Below, one piece after another: positions 8,766-18,662 of a DNA stretch of 64,000 nucleotides. The first letter of the stretch is position 1, and each line of letters begins with the position of its first letter. This stretch comes from a virus: IMG/VR virus record IMGVR_UViG_3300025168_000033, positions 1 to 64,000 of that record; one strand, written 5' to 3'. A program made the translations under genes and the position numbers. A model generated the notes under the pieces. That model ran no database searches. It was not told where the DNA came from and worked only from the letters and a program-made list of their open reading frames with translations.

Positions 8766-9368
8766 TTACCAAGGATCATTTGTTTTTAATCCTAATTGTT
8801 TCCAGAACTTATGCACATTACAGCTCCACCAGCCAGATGCATACATGTTAGTTTTTTTGCTACATCCATGACGAGCCAAGAATGCTTTTCTTCTTGAAGG
8901 ATCTTGATGCTTTTGTCTAATATCATCATTGCCCGATCCAGTATCTTCACCAAATCCAATAGCTACAGCTTTAACTAATCCAGTTTCAGGATCCTTCTTG
9001 CCATCTTTATGCGGACGATATACTACAAACAATTTTCCAGGTTCATCCTTTCTTCGAATATGTGGATCATCAAGAGTAACTTCAGTTTTTTTACCTTTGA
9101 TAGTTAATGTTCCTTTCTTCCCAGTTTGTAATTTTTCTACTATAAATGTATCTTCCTCAGATAAATGAATTTTATTAGCTTCGTGTAATTCTCTTAATTC
9201 ATTAACAAAATCTAAATAAGAATCCGAGCCAATTCTAAAAATCGATTCAGATATATCTAGATTGTTTTCTATATGATATTTAATATTCTCGTTTAACGAT
9301 TCAGTATATGAATTGTAAGATTCATTTAAATCGAGACGTGAATATTCAGTAAAATTTAAAAATCTCAT
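8766..9368 (-). CDS. putative virion protein with FG...FxARHxC...WWSC C-terminal domain
   Basis: divergent leader MRFLNFTEY...LNE; C-terminal motif recalled from T4-like phage proteins. Confidence 0.6.
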   Translation of the reverse strand: MRFLNFTEYSRLDLNESYNSYTESLNENIKYHIENNLDISESIFRIGSDSYLDFVNELRELHEANKIHLSEEDTFIVEKLQTGKKGTLTIKGKKTEVTLDDPHIRRKDEPGKLFVVYRPHKDGKKDPETGLVKAVAIGFGEDTGSGNDDIRQKHQDPSRRKAFLARHGCSKKTNMYASGWWSCNVHKFWKQLGLKTNDPW

Positions 9369-9381
9369 AGTATAATTGTGT

Positions 9382-9792
9382 TTAGTTATTTATCCTTAAG
9401 TATTTTAGTAAAACCTTATCTGTTGGATCAACATTTAAATTTCCGTTAACGAATATTTCATATGAATCTTCAGCATATTTACCGATACCATATAATTCAG
9501 ATACGCGTTTAAATGGCTTGTTTAGCCAGTCGTATGAAAATTTAATAATTTGATTTGCTCGCCTATTATAAAATCCTAGTGTTCGAGTTATTTCACGTAT
9601 TTCATTAAAAGATTCTTCAGTTACAGATTCAGGTGATGGAAATCTTGCAAAGAAATTATCTACAACTCGCCATACCTGTTTATTATGTGTTTGATTAAGC
9701 ATTATACAGCCGCATAACATTTGCCATGGATTATGACAATATTTTTCCTGTATTAATTGTCGAGTAAAGTAATCGCCTTCAGAATTTTTCAT
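9382..9792 (-). CDS. MBD4-like HhH-GPD DNA glycosylase
   Basis: PWQMLCGCIMLNQT, LYGIGKYAEDSYEIF (HhH) and PTDKVL. Confidence 0.85.
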   Translation of the reverse strand: MKNSEGDYFTRQLIQEKYCHNPWQMLCGCIMLNQTHNKQVWRVVDNFFARFPSPESVTEESFNEIREITRTLGFYNRRANQIIKFSYDWLNKPFKRVSELYGIGKYAEDSYEIFVNGNLNVDPTDKVLLKYLRINN

Positions 9793-9800
9793 AGTTAAAT

Positions 9801-9830
9801 ATTATATTCAATTAATTGTTAATAGTTTCA
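9801..9830 (-). promoter_or_regulatory. putative middle promoter
   Basis: TGAAAC-N18-TATAAT. Confidence 0.7.
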
Positions 9831-9833
9831 TTG

Positions 9834-10736
9834 TTATGATAACAATAATTCGTAATCCTTTACATATTTTAATACGGCAAGTTCCTTAGCTTTTGCTTCG
9901 ACAACTATATCGATATCGTTGCCATAATCGTTTATTTTTTCGTATACATAATCCGCATGTGCAAGTAGCTTAGAAGTTTCATCTTCGTTTAATTTGCGGG
10001 ATGAAGAGTAATGTGTACATGGACGTGTTTTCCATGTTGATAAGGCTAGTTCTAGGGCTTCCTGTTCGTTTAGTTCGCCTGGATTGCAAAAATGATGTAA
10101 GTAATCGAATGTAATAGGAATTCCGATTTTTTTATGAATGCCGTCGTATAAATCCTGTACAGTATACATATTTGGTTTATCATCGTTTTCGACAACAAGA
10201 CGAGTTTTTGTAGATTCGTTAAGGCGTTTGAAATTTTCGATCCATCGTTTCATTGATGCTTGTTTATCGCCGAATGCAGCGCCTATATGAATATTAATTT
10301 TTGCCATTGTATTATTAGGCATTCCTAGCATATCCATGATTTCTGATGTTTGATTTAGTTCGTATATAGTATTATTTACGACATCGGGATTTAATGATGC
10401 TAGTTGATTGAATGCGCCTGGATGAAATGATAGACGTTGATTATTGTCGAGAGCCATTTTTCCTGTACCGCGTAATATATTGCATATTTTTTGATAATCT
10501 GGCAAATCTTTTAATTCGTATTCCGACATCCACGGGAACATTGCAGATGTCATACGATAAACCTTAATTCCGTTTTGATTATTCCAGCTTACGACACGAG
10601 CAAGATCACGAGCATTTAATAATGCTAAATCCGATGCGCCTTTAATTCCTAGTTTTTTGAATGTTGCTTTTTTCATGCTACGATTAGTTCGAAATTCAGT
10701 TGACAAATTTAAGCATGCGTATCCGTATCTTGACAT
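9834..10736 (-). CDS. uvsE: UV damage endonuclease
   Basis: GYACLN, RLSFHPG, INIHIG, LVVENDD, FDYLHH, HADY and EAKAKE motifs. Confidence 0.95.
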   Translation of the reverse strand: MSRYGYACLNLSTEFRTNRSMKKATFKKLGIKGASDLALLNARDLARVVSWNNQNGIKVYRMTSAMFPWMSEYELKDLPDYQKICNILRGTGKMALDNNQRLSFHPGAFNQLASLNPDVVNNTIYELNQTSEIMDMLGMPNNTMAKINIHIGAAFGDKQASMKRWIENFKRLNESTKTRLVVENDDKPNMYTVQDLYDGIHKKIGIPITFDYLHHFCNPGELNEQEALELALSTWKTRPCTHYSSSRKLNEDETSKLLAHADYVYEKINDYGNDIDIVVEAKAKELAVLKYVKDYELLLS

Positions 10737-10759
10737 ATTGATTGTATTTTTATGATTTA

Positions 10760-10792
10760 TTAAATATAAACAAAATAATCGACAGTAAAAAT
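10760..10792 (-). promoter_or_regulatory. early promoter repeat
   Basis: TTTTTACTGTCGATTATTTTGTTTATATTTA. Confidence 0.75.
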
Positions 10793-11574
10793 TATTTTTG
10801 CAAATCTTTTACCCAATGTGTTGTTCTTTTATCTGGAGTTGTTTCTCTTACAACCTGGAATCCTTGTTCGCATATTTGACGGCCATATACATGTAATTTA
10901 AAAGTGCCGTTTGTGTATTTTGGATTTCCACGATTATATGATGACAATATTACATCTTTAGTATTTGCGTTAAGCTTTGAAAATTCATCATCAGATATTT
11001 CTTTTACTTTACGATACGGAGATATTCCAGATCTATAAAGTACTTCAGCCTTGATATAATTTCCAATTCCGCCAATGAGTCCTTGATTCATAAGTGCTTG
11101 GCATATATAGCTATTTGGCTTTTTCATTAAGCGATCTTTAAATAATTCATCACTTATAATTGAACTAATGTGATTAGGACCTTTAGATGCTATTTTGTCT
11201 TTTATCATTTCTGGATCATCTGTAAATTTTAATGTTCCAAAATTACGAGTATCACAATAATAATAATCGTTTCCGTCGACTGTAAATTTTATTCGTGTTG
11301 ATTTTGTATCTGGATTAGTTGACCATAGACCTGTCATTCCATAAGTATTAATACACCATAATGGCTTATCATTTTGCATCATTTCAAATACAACCATCTT
11401 TCCGTAAAACTTAACACTTAATATTTTTACTGGAAATTGTAATAATTCTAAGCCGGGTATAGTTCCTTTATTTCTGTATCTACCGCTTACTAGTTCTATG
11501 GATTCCAATTGCTTGGATGCTAATCTAGAATTTAATCCGTTTGCTGATCTTGCTACTTCTGGTAACTCTGGCAT
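10792..11574 (-). CDS. mutM: Fpg/Nei DNA glycosylase/AP lyase
   Basis: N-terminal PELPEV, GMTG, DTRNFG and GIGNYIKAEVL (H2TH). Confidence 0.9.
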   Translation of the reverse strand: MPELPEVARSANGLNSRLASKQLESIELVSGRYRNKGTIPGLELLQFPVKILSVKFYGKMVVFEMMQNDKPLWCINTYGMTGLWSTNPDTKSTRIKFTVDGNDYYYCDTRNFGTLKFTDDPEMIKDKIASKGPNHISSIISDELFKDRLMKKPNSYICQALMNQGLIGGIGNYIKAEVLYRSGISPYRKVKEISDDEFSKLNANTKDVILSSYNRGNPKYTNGTFKLHVYGRQICEQGFQVVRETTPDKRTTHWVKDLQK

Positions 11575-11580
11575 ATATTA

Positions 11581-11790
11581 TTAATTTAAGAATATATCGT
11601 TCATTGCAATTACTCGGTAATTTGCTAATCTAATTTTTTGTTTTTCGTATCGTTCTGTTAATTTTGCATCGTTTACGTATAGTCCTACTTCTTTAGCCGC
11701 TTCATAAACATTTATAGATTTGTGACAATTCATTAAGGCGTCTTCTAGTACTGTTAGCGTATTTACGATTGCTTTTGATTGATTTATCAT
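11581..11790 (-). CDS. hypothetical early protein
   Basis: follows a degenerate early promoter at about 11808-11846. Confidence 0.6.
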   Translation of the reverse strand: MINQSKAIVNTLTVLEDALMNCHKSINVYEAAKEVGLYVNDAKLTERYEKQKIRLANYRVIAMNDIFLN

Positions 11791-11846
11791 AGTATATGTA
11801 TTTTAAATTATAGTTAAATATAAACAATTCTGCTGGGATAAAAAAA

Positions 11847-12185
11847 TTATTTCCAAAATAATTGAATACAAATTATACATAAGGATAATCCTAAGCAAAT
11901 AACTTCCTTTAACGTAATTGACTCATTATTAAAAATATAAGACAATATTGCAAATGAAATAATACCTGCACAGAATTGAATAAATTTAGGTCCCCATGTA
12001 GCACCTTCGAATGCAATTACCATTAATTCAGTTCCTTTCAAGAACATCCAAGTTATTGGTATTGCCGCTACATAAATAATCCATTTGTTATTGCTTAGCC
12101 ATTCTATTTTAAGAGGTCCGTAGCACTGGAACCAAACAATAACCTGAGCCATAAACAATATTAAAAATCCGTATATGAAATTCAT
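11847..12185 (-). CDS. four-TM small membrane protein (DMT/SMR-like)
   Basis: four hydrophobic helices; NESITLK before the last helix. Confidence 0.6.
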   Translation of the reverse strand: MNFIYGFLILFMAQVIVWFQCYGPLKIEWLSNNKWIIYVAAIPITWMFLKGTELMVIAFEGATWGPKFIQFCAGIISFAILSYIFNNESITLKEVICLGLSLCIICIQLFWK

Positions 12186-12421
12186 TATATTGTTGCTTTT
12201 GTGTCAGGAGTTATCCAGTTGTTTTGTTTTCTTAATTCAGACAGTAAAACAATTCCAAATGCTCGGATGTCACCTACTATATCAAATCTATGTTTCAGTT
12301 CTTTATATTCTTTTGTCATTGCAGGTTTATTACAATTTCTAATAGTGTTAATGACTTCTCCTGTAATTAATAGATCTTCATTACTATAAGTCTTTCCCCA
12401 TATTACCCATTCAGTTTTCAT
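12185..12421 (-). CDS. hypothetical protein
   Basis: AAATACACA leader upstream of ATG. Confidence 0.6.
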   Translation of the reverse strand: MKTEWVIWGKTYSNEDLLITGEVINTIRNCNKPAMTKEYKELKHRFDIVGDIRAFGIVLLSELRKQNNWITPDTKATI

Positions 12422-12444
12422 ATTGTGTGTATTTAAGTTATTAA

Positions 12445-12825
12445 TTATTTTTTTAAGTAATTAAGCAGATCCATTATTAAGTCATCCGCAACCCATCCAA
12501 AAACTCCTCTACTATCATAAGATCGAATTAATTCTGAATATCTTGGAAAGCTTCTTATCTTTGAACTTTGTTTTGGATTTATACTTGAATAATCTTTTTT
12601 CATCAAAAGTATTTCAAACGATGAATATAATGTATATGATGATAAATTTTGTCTAGGTGTACAATAATGTCCTTTGCTAGCTTGTATACTTAACATATAA
12701 TTTCCAGCCGATATAGCAGATATAGGAAATGATGTAATAATTGATGATTCTTTTTTTCTATGAGAATCTAATAGTTCACCTAAAAGTGAAAATCTTTGTG
12801 TATTGTTGTCAATAATAGCTTTCAT
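12445..12825 (-). CDS. hypothetical early protein
   Basis: follows the early promoter. Confidence 0.65.
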   Translation of the reverse strand: MKAIIDNNTQRFSLLGELLDSHRKKESSIITSFPISAISAGNYMLSIQASKGHYCTPRQNLSSYTLYSSFEILLMKKDYSSINPKQSSKIRSFPRYSELIRSYDSRGVFGWVADDLIMDLLNYLKK

Positions 12826-12848
12826 AGTGTGTGTATTTAATGTATCTG

Positions 12849-12898
12849 TTATTAATTATTATAGTATAAATATAAACAAAATAATCGACAGTAAAAAA
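12849..12898 (-). promoter_or_regulatory. early promoter repeat
   Basis: matches the consensus. Confidence 0.8.
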
Positions 12899-13486
12899 TT
12901 ATTTGACATCTATTTTATATCCTGCAAACAATTTTAAATAGTGCCTGATACTCACATTATTACCATCCTTGATATCTCTTTTACCACGGCTTTTAAGCCA
13001 TCTTTTAGTATTTCTTGCACCAACCAAATGTGCAGCTGCAATAATACCTGACTCGGTAATTCGAATAGAATCTATTAAAGTATTATTATAAGTCTTTATG
13101 TATCTTCTAAGGCTACGTTGATTTTTTTGAATATGTTCTTTAATCAACTTGTCTTGAAGCCATTCAGGGAACACTGATGGATCCTTTTTGAACTCTGCTA
13201 ACGTAAAGCGACCACCATAGCCTAGATCTATAAGTGCAAGTTCACCAAATTGGTATTTACCTAGATAGCCATATTTATTATATGCTGCAGGATTATTACT
13301 AGATTCACGAAATGCAAGGCTATACAAAAAATGTTCAAACGATTTATGTTTGAACATTTTATTTTCCTTTGTAGTTTCAATCTCATCGAGATGTTCTTTA
13401 CGATATTCAATAAATTCATTAGTATGTGTACTTTTATCAAATCCAAATGATAAAGCGATCGTCAATAATATTGTAGTTTTTCTCAT
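12899..13486 (-). CDS. lysozyme-fold muramidase/transglycosylase
   Basis: FRESS, GYLGKYQFG and AAAHLVG motifs; hydrophobic N-terminus. Confidence 0.7.
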   Translation of the reverse strand: MRKTTILLTIALSFGFDKSTHTNEFIEYRKEHLDEIETTKENKMFKHKSFEHFLYSLAFRESSNNPAAYNKYGYLGKYQFGELALIDLGYGGRFTLAEFKKDPSVFPEWLQDKLIKEHIQKNQRSLRRYIKTYNNTLIDSIRITESGIIAAAHLVGARNTKRWLKSRGKRDIKDGNNVSIRHYLKLFAGYKIDVK

Positions 13487-13493
13487 CTATAAT

Positions 13494-13523
13494 ATTATAT
13501 TCAATTTAAATTACTTTGTTTCA
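13494..13523 (-). promoter_or_regulatory. putative middle promoter
   Basis: TGAAAC-N18-TATAAT. Confidence 0.7.
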
Positions 13524-13846
13524 ATTTTTGATAATTGTATAATTCCGTATTCAATAAATGATTTTAATAATTCTGCAACCATAGGGCCAAAATTGTATCC
13601 TATGTCAATTGCTTCAACAATCTTATTTTCAATGCCAATAAAGTCTTTTAAATATAAATGAAGTTTTTTATCATATTCAGCTATAAAAGATTCAATTTCA
13701 AGAAATAATACTTCCACTTCCTTATAGCCAGTAATATGTACAATAAACGATAATTTACCGTAATCAACTATTATTGTTTCAATTATATAATCTGAATTAA
13801 TTAACACTTTTGCATTTTTCTTTTCCATGATGATAGTTTTAGTCAT
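13511..13846 (-). CDS. hypothetical protein
   Basis: ORF track. Confidence 0.55.
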   Translation of the reverse strand: MTKTIIMEKKNAKVLINSDYIIETIIVDYGKLSFIVHITGYKEVEVLFLEIESFIAEYDKKLHLYLKDFIGIENKIVEAIDIGYNFGPMVAELLKSFIEYGIIQLSKIETK

Positions 13847-13861
13847 TCATAGAATATCTAT

Positions 13862-14347
13862 CTACTGACCTGTTTCTATGTCCGTATATGTTATAGAAAC
13901 TTTTCCACCAGCATCAAGTATCTTAGCTACTTTCGGATAAAAATCCTTGTAAGCATTGACACTAGAGCTTCCAGTATAAGTTGCAGCAGATACAGCATCA
14001 TTAACCAAAAGACACCCCATTGTGTGGTCATCGGTATTACCTGTGTGAATAAGTATATACTGAAATTCAATGCCATTGTTTTTAAGTTTCCAATTAGGTG
14101 CATTATGTATGCAAAGCATGCCTTTATGCATTGAACCATATCTTTTAGTATATTTTGCATGGAATCCTCCTTCACGTCTTAAAGATACTTCATAAGTACC
14201 TTCAGGAACACGAGTTTCACCCATTATTTTAGTGCCTGTTATTTGTTGCTGATCTTCTACAGTAAAACATTCAAGAACACCATCAATATATAATGCGCCT
14301 AATGTTGTTTCACCGTTATCACCAAATCGTTTTACTTCTAGTTTCAT
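13862..14347 (-). CDS. DUF5675-like protein
   Basis: TLGALY, RVPEGTY and ILIHTGNTDDHTMGCLLV; start moved to ATG 14347, downstream of the late promoter at 14409-14417. Confidence 0.75.
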   Translation of the reverse strand: MKLEVKRFGDNGETTLGALYIDGVLECFTVEDQQQITGTKIMGETRVPEGTYEVSLRREGGFHAKYTKRYGSMHKGMLCIHNAPNWKLKNNGIEFQYILIHTGNTDDHTMGCLLVNDAVSAATYTGSSSVNAYKDFYPKVAKILDAGGKVSITYTDIETGQ

Positions 14348-14420
14348 AACTGATTGTTTGTATTTTATTTTATATGCATCAAATATGCTATAAAACTGCT
14401 TCAATAATTTATATATCATG

Positions 14421-15452
14421 TTAAACGGATATTGGGACATTTTTCCAGTTATGATGTGCATCATAATTTACTATTTCAAAGTCCTCAAATTTATAATCAA
14501 AAATAGAATTTGCTTTGTTTAAATTTAGCTCGGGTAAAACATCCGTTTTAGATGTTCTTGTTAATTGAGCTTCAACAAAAGAAATATGATTGTTATATAG
14601 ATGAACATCTCCTAAGTTACCAATCAATTCTCCTGGAACCATGTTAACTTGTTGTGCAATCATTTCTAATAACATTCCATAACTTGCAATATTAAAAGGT
14701 AAACCTAAGAAAGTATCTACACTTCTTTGATTCCACATTAAACTGATTTCTCTTTTAGGAATATTTGCATTATCAAAAAGTTCATCATCCGTCATAATAT
14801 CAAGAGTAGGATTTTTTTTATTCCACATATCATATCTTTCTTTATAACTCAATTCTCTAGTCCAAACTTGAAATCCATAATGACAAGGTGGTAAAACCAT
14901 CTGTTCTATTTCACCGGCATTCCAAGCATTAACCATCAATCTTCTTGAATTAGGATTTGTTTTAAGGTCATTAATTAAATTTGAAATTTGATCAGTATTA
15001 GGAGCATCCCAATCTTCATTAGAATATCCTTTCCAACTTCTCCATTGCTTACCATAAACAGGACCTAATTCACCCCAAGTCTTTGCAAAATAATCATCAT
15101 TCTTAATTTTTTCTTTAAACCATTCCATAGATGCATTTTCCTCATTAGCACCTAAATCTTTTTGCTCTTTAAGATAATGTTTCCAAGCGTCACTATTCCA
15201 TATATTACATCCATTATCTACAAGATATTTAATATTTGTATCTCCTCGCAAGAACCATAATAGTTCTACAATAATACCCTTTAAATACATTTTCTTGGTT
15301 GTTAACAATGGGAATCCATTTTTCATATTAAAACGAATTTGTCTTCCAAATACTGAACGAGTTCCTGTTCCTGTACGATCCCCTTTTTGAATTCCATTTT
15401 CCAGAATATCTTTTAAAAGGTCATGATATACTTTATCTGTTTTATTTAGCAT
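14421..15452 (-). CDS. thyA: thymidylate synthase
   Basis: DRTGTGT, ELLWFL, GPVYGKQWR, LPPCH, QRSVD and FNIASY; ATG at 15452. Confidence 0.97.
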   Translation of the reverse strand: MLNKTDKVYHDLLKDILENGIQKGDRTGTGTRSVFGRQIRFNMKNGFPLLTTKKMYLKGIIVELLWFLRGDTNIKYLVDNGCNIWNSDAWKHYLKEQKDLGANEENASMEWFKEKIKNDDYFAKTWGELGPVYGKQWRSWKGYSNEDWDAPNTDQISNLINDLKTNPNSRRLMVNAWNAGEIEQMVLPPCHYGFQVWTRELSYKERYDMWNKKNPTLDIMTDDELFDNANIPKREISLMWNQRSVDTFLGLPFNIASYGMLLEMIAQQVNMVPGELIGNLGDVHLYNNHISFVEAQLTRTSKTDVLPELNLNKANSIFDYKFEDFEIVNYDAHHNWKNVPISV

Positions 15453-15687
15453 CTTTTTTAGATTTATCTTCTTTAGGTTCGTCTTTAATAATTTCAGCTT
15501 TTTCAGCATCCTTAAAGAAAAGCTTAACGGTTTTTGATGTAGCAGTATCTTTAATTAAAATATACAATTCACCAGTTTTATCATCAAATTCTGAAAAGAC
15601 TTGGCTTCGGGTATATGGAATTATCAATTGATCGTTAACTGCAATTGATGCAGTTAGTTTTTTTATTCCTAATTTTTTATTTAGCAT
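15442..15687 (-). CDS. hypothetical protein
   Basis: overlaps its neighbours as in an operon. Confidence 0.6.
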   Translation of the reverse strand: MLNKKLGIKKLTASIAVNDQLIIPYTRSQVFSEFDDKTGELYILIKDTATSKTVKLFFKDAEKAEIIKDEPKEDKSKKDAK

Positions 15688-16873
15688 TATAGTCGAATTT
15701 TAAATTGTTTCTTATTCTTTCAGCTTCACCTGGATTTGTAACTAATCCTTTATGTACTGCAGCCATACATTGATTTATAGCTTTTTTAGATTCAGATTTT
15801 CTATTAGTATACCAAGCAGCAATATTAAGACAGTCGGCAATTTTCCAGGAATATGTCTGCGGATCAAGAAATAATCCTCTTTTTGGATACGGATTTTTCT
15901 TATGAAAGTTTTTAAATGCATATGAAATTAATATGTACATGCTTTCAAATCTTCGTTGTCTTTCATAGAATTTACAAAGTATTACAAAATGTTCAGCTCT
16001 TAATGAATCAAAATCCGAGCACTTCAATAAATCATCTACAATTTCAACATTTGCATATTTGACAGGTTTTTTAGCTGCTGCAAGTTCATTATTAATTCTA
16101 ATCTTTAAATTAGCAATTTGAAATTGCGCCCAATATAATTCTTCTGTATATCCTCCTCCACGTTTAATTCTTTCACCATACCAAAATACAGATTCAATAG
16201 CATTTTCAGTAGTAACTGCATCACGATAAGATTGAGCCAAGTAAAATACCCATCGCGGATCTTTCTTAGGATCGTTCTTTACATAATCTAATAGTATTTT
16301 ACTATCTCTTTCATATTTTTCCTGTTGAGTCATTGAGGTCCAGCTATTACCATCTGGAGTTACGAGTGTATGAATTCCTCTTATAAATCCTGTAGGTTTA
16401 TCTAAAGGTTTATCGGTTTGAAGAAATTCATGAACTGGCCCATACCAGTAATATCCTGCAGTATTAGACCAGATTTGATTACGATTATATCTTGTAGAAC
16501 CATATTCAGTTTCAACAGCTGCACCTGATAATTTATCTAATGCCTGTAAGAATTGTTCTTTTTTAAATGCCGGATCTATAATTAATTGTTCATCGGCATC
16601 AATCCAAAAGCTATGTGAGCATCCTGTTTTTTCAGCCTCAACTCTTGCAAAGTTTCTTGCAGTACAAAAATTTACCCATTCATGATCGACAACTTTACCA
16701 GGAATTCCTTTTTCTTTAAAGAAATCTTCTACAATTTGTTTAGTATTATCTGTCGATCCAGTATCTACTACTATATAATGATCCAGTATAGGCCAAACCG
16801 TTTCTAGCATTCTGCGAATTACTCGTTCTTCATCTTTAACAATGATACTCAAGCATAATTTACTTTGACTCAT
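15677..16873 (-). CDS. GT2 glycosyltransferase with TPR-like C-terminus
   Basis: IVKDEE, VDTGSTD, IDADE, GPVHE and FYLAQSY. Confidence 0.88.
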   Translation of the reverse strand: MSQSKLCLSIIVKDEERVIRRMLETVWPILDHYIVVDTGSTDNTKQIVEDFFKEKGIPGKVVDHEWVNFCTARNFARVEAEKTGCSHSFWIDADEQLIIDPAFKKEQFLQALDKLSGAAVETEYGSTRYNRNQIWSNTAGYYWYGPVHEFLQTDKPLDKPTGFIRGIHTLVTPDGNSWTSMTQQEKYERDSKILLDYVKNDPKKDPRWVFYLAQSYRDAVTTENAIESVFWYGERIKRGGGYTEELYWAQFQIANLKIRINNELAAAKKPVKYANVEIVDDLLKCSDFDSLRAEHFVILCKFYERQRRFESMYILISYAFKNFHKKNPYPKRGLFLDPQTYSWKIADCLNIAAWYTNRKSESKKAINQCMAAVHKGLVTNPGEAERIRNNLKFDYNAK

Positions 16874-16879
16874 ATTTGT

Positions 16880-17956
16880 TTATTTGAAATATCTAAAATC
16901 TTGATTATTTTCAATCTTAAGAAGTGTATTGTAAATTAATTCAATTACATATTCAACATCCTTCTTTTGCGCTGCTTCTACTGTTGTATGCATATATTTC
17001 AACGGTAATGAAATTAATGCTGACGGAACTCCACCATTACTATATGCAAATGCATCTGTATCGGTTCCTGTAGCTCTTGATGCTGCTGCTCTTTGAAATG
17101 GAATTTCTTTTTCAATTGCCGTATCTTTTATTAGCTTTAATAAATTATTATGAACCGCCGGTCCAACTAATAAACAAGGACCTTCACCACCAGTTACAAC
17201 GCCTTGAGCAACTTTATCAATCATTGGTGTTGAAGTATCATGACAAACATCAGTAACTATTGCAACATCAGGTTTAATTGTATGAGCCATCATATGAGCA
17301 CCATTCAATCCAACTTCTTCCTGAACTGAATTTACAATATATAATGCAAATGGTAATTTTGTTTTTCTTTCTTTTAATAATCTTGCAACTTCAGCTATCA
17401 TAAAACCACCTACTCGATTATCAAGTGCACGACCAACATAATACTTATTATTCAATATCATGAATTTATCTTCGTACGTTATTACATCACCTACATTGAT
17501 TCCCATCTTAGCAACTTCCTTTGCATCGTCAGCTCCTACATCTATTGTAATATTTTTCATTGATGGTGATTGTTCATTACCACCATGCCTTGTATGAATT
17601 GCAGGCCATCCAAAAATTCCTTTTATTACACCTTTGTCTGTATGAATATTTACTCTTTTTGATGGTGCAATTTGATGATCAGTTCCACCATTTCTTCTAA
17701 CATAAATAAATCCATCCGGTGTTATATAATGAACATACCAGGATATTTCATCAGCATGAGCTTCAATTACAACCTTGTATTTAGCTTTAGGATTAATTAT
17801 TGCAGCTACACTTCCATAGTTATCTACTATATAATCATCTACATAAGGCTTAATATAATCTAGCCATATTTTTTGTCCTTTAGATTCAAATCCAGTTGGT
17901 GATGGATTATTTATATATTGTTCTAGAAATTCTATTGATTTTTTCTTCTTACTCAT
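16880..17956 (-). CDS. M42 family metallo-aminopeptidase
   Basis: AHADEI, LDNR, QEEVG, DVCH, GTDTD and YMHT. Confidence 0.92.
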   Translation of the reverse strand: MSKKKKSIEFLEQYINNPSPTGFESKGQKIWLDYIKPYVDDYIVDNYGSVAAIINPKAKYKVVIEAHADEISWYVHYITPDGFIYVRRNGGTDHQIAPSKRVNIHTDKGVIKGIFGWPAIHTRHGGNEQSPSMKNITIDVGADDAKEVAKMGINVGDVITYEDKFMILNNKYYVGRALDNRVGGFMIAEVARLLKERKTKLPFALYIVNSVQEEVGLNGAHMMAHTIKPDVAIVTDVCHDTSTPMIDKVAQGVVTGGEGPCLLVGPAVHNNLLKLIKDTAIEKEIPFQRAAASRATGTDTDAFAYSNGGVPSALISLPLKYMHTTVEAAQKKDVEYVIELIYNTLLKIENNQDFRYFK

Positions 17957-18122
17957 TAACTTTATCTTTTATGACATTCTTACGTCCGTTAATACTTCCT
18001 TCTTTAAATGCAAATTTAATTATCTGCATTAATTGCAATTTACGCTCTGGATCTAAATTTAGTTTATTTGAATAAGCGTTAACTATTCGCTCTAGTTTTT
18101 CTGACAATTTTATCTCATCCAT
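17949..18122 (-). CDS. hypothetical protein (MDEIKLSEK...)
   Basis: start moved to ATG 18122 because the promoter at 18142-18171 lies inside the track ORF. Confidence 0.6.
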   Translation of the reverse strand: MDEIKLSEKLERIVNAYSNKLNLDPERKLQLMQIIKFAFKEGSINGRKNVIKDKVNE

Positions 18123-18141
18123 GTAAGTATAGTTTATGATA

Positions 18142-18171
18142 ATTATATCATTGTAGTTTACAAAAGTTTCA
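18142..18171 (-). promoter_or_regulatory. putative middle promoter
   Basis: TGAAAC-N18-TATAAT. Confidence 0.7.
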
Positions 18172-18230
18172 AAAGGTAAACTAATAGTTTCTAAAATAAA
18201 CAAGAAAAGAACCTTTTACAGTTCCTTTCT

Positions 18231-18437
18231 TTAATCTTGATTGAATTTTCTAAATGTTTTATTATTGAACGTCTGATAAGGTGAAGTATCATCTTTAACT
18301 TTACGCTTATGTGGATACTCATAATCTACTTCTTTATAGGGCGTGGTTTTAATATTTCGATCTTGTTCCCAATAATCGATAAAGTCCTGTAAGCTGCCTT
18401 TAAATTGTTGTATTTTACTGAGTTTTTCGTTCTTCAT
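18231..18437 (-). CDS. hypothetical protein
   Basis: ORF track; an imperfect hairpin at about 18202-18231 follows. Confidence 0.6.
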   Translation of the reverse strand: MKNEKLSKIQQFKGSLQDFIDYWEQDRNIKTTPYKEVDYEYPHKRKVKDDTSPYQTFNNKTFRKFNQD

Positions 18438-18442
18438 TTAAA

Positions 18443-18655
18443 TTATTCAGTTTCTTCGACAGCTTCCATTTGTGGAGCTTCTTCAGCACCTTCAGCACCT
18501 TCTGGTTTTTGCTTTAAAAAGTCTAAAGCGCTTTTAATAATTGCTGCATCTTCAAAAGAATATACACCTTTAGATTGTCCGATTTGTACACCTTGTACTA
18601 GTACTTGAACTGCTCCTTGCAAGTCCGTTACTTCCTGATTTACTTGTTTTGCCAT
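18443..18655 (-). CDS. small acidic hypothetical protein
   Basis: QSKGVYSFEDAAII; acidic tail. Confidence 0.65.
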   Translation of the reverse strand: MAKQVNQEVTDLQGAVQVLVQGVQIGQSKGVYSFEDAAIIKSALDFLKQKPEGAEGAEEAPQMEAVEETE

Positions 18656-18662
18656 GATTTAT

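Noticed and set aside
9382-11574. Eukaryotic giant-virus origin, suggested by the MBD4-like and zincless Nei-like genes
   Set aside because: T4-type portal, capsid, sheath, terminase and sigma factors identify a tailed bacteriophage.
14421-15452. Insertions in ThyA as an intein or intron, or the gene as a dCMP hydroxymethylase
   Set aside because: The insertions are short with no splicing motifs, and the dUMP-specifying Asn (FNIASY) is present.
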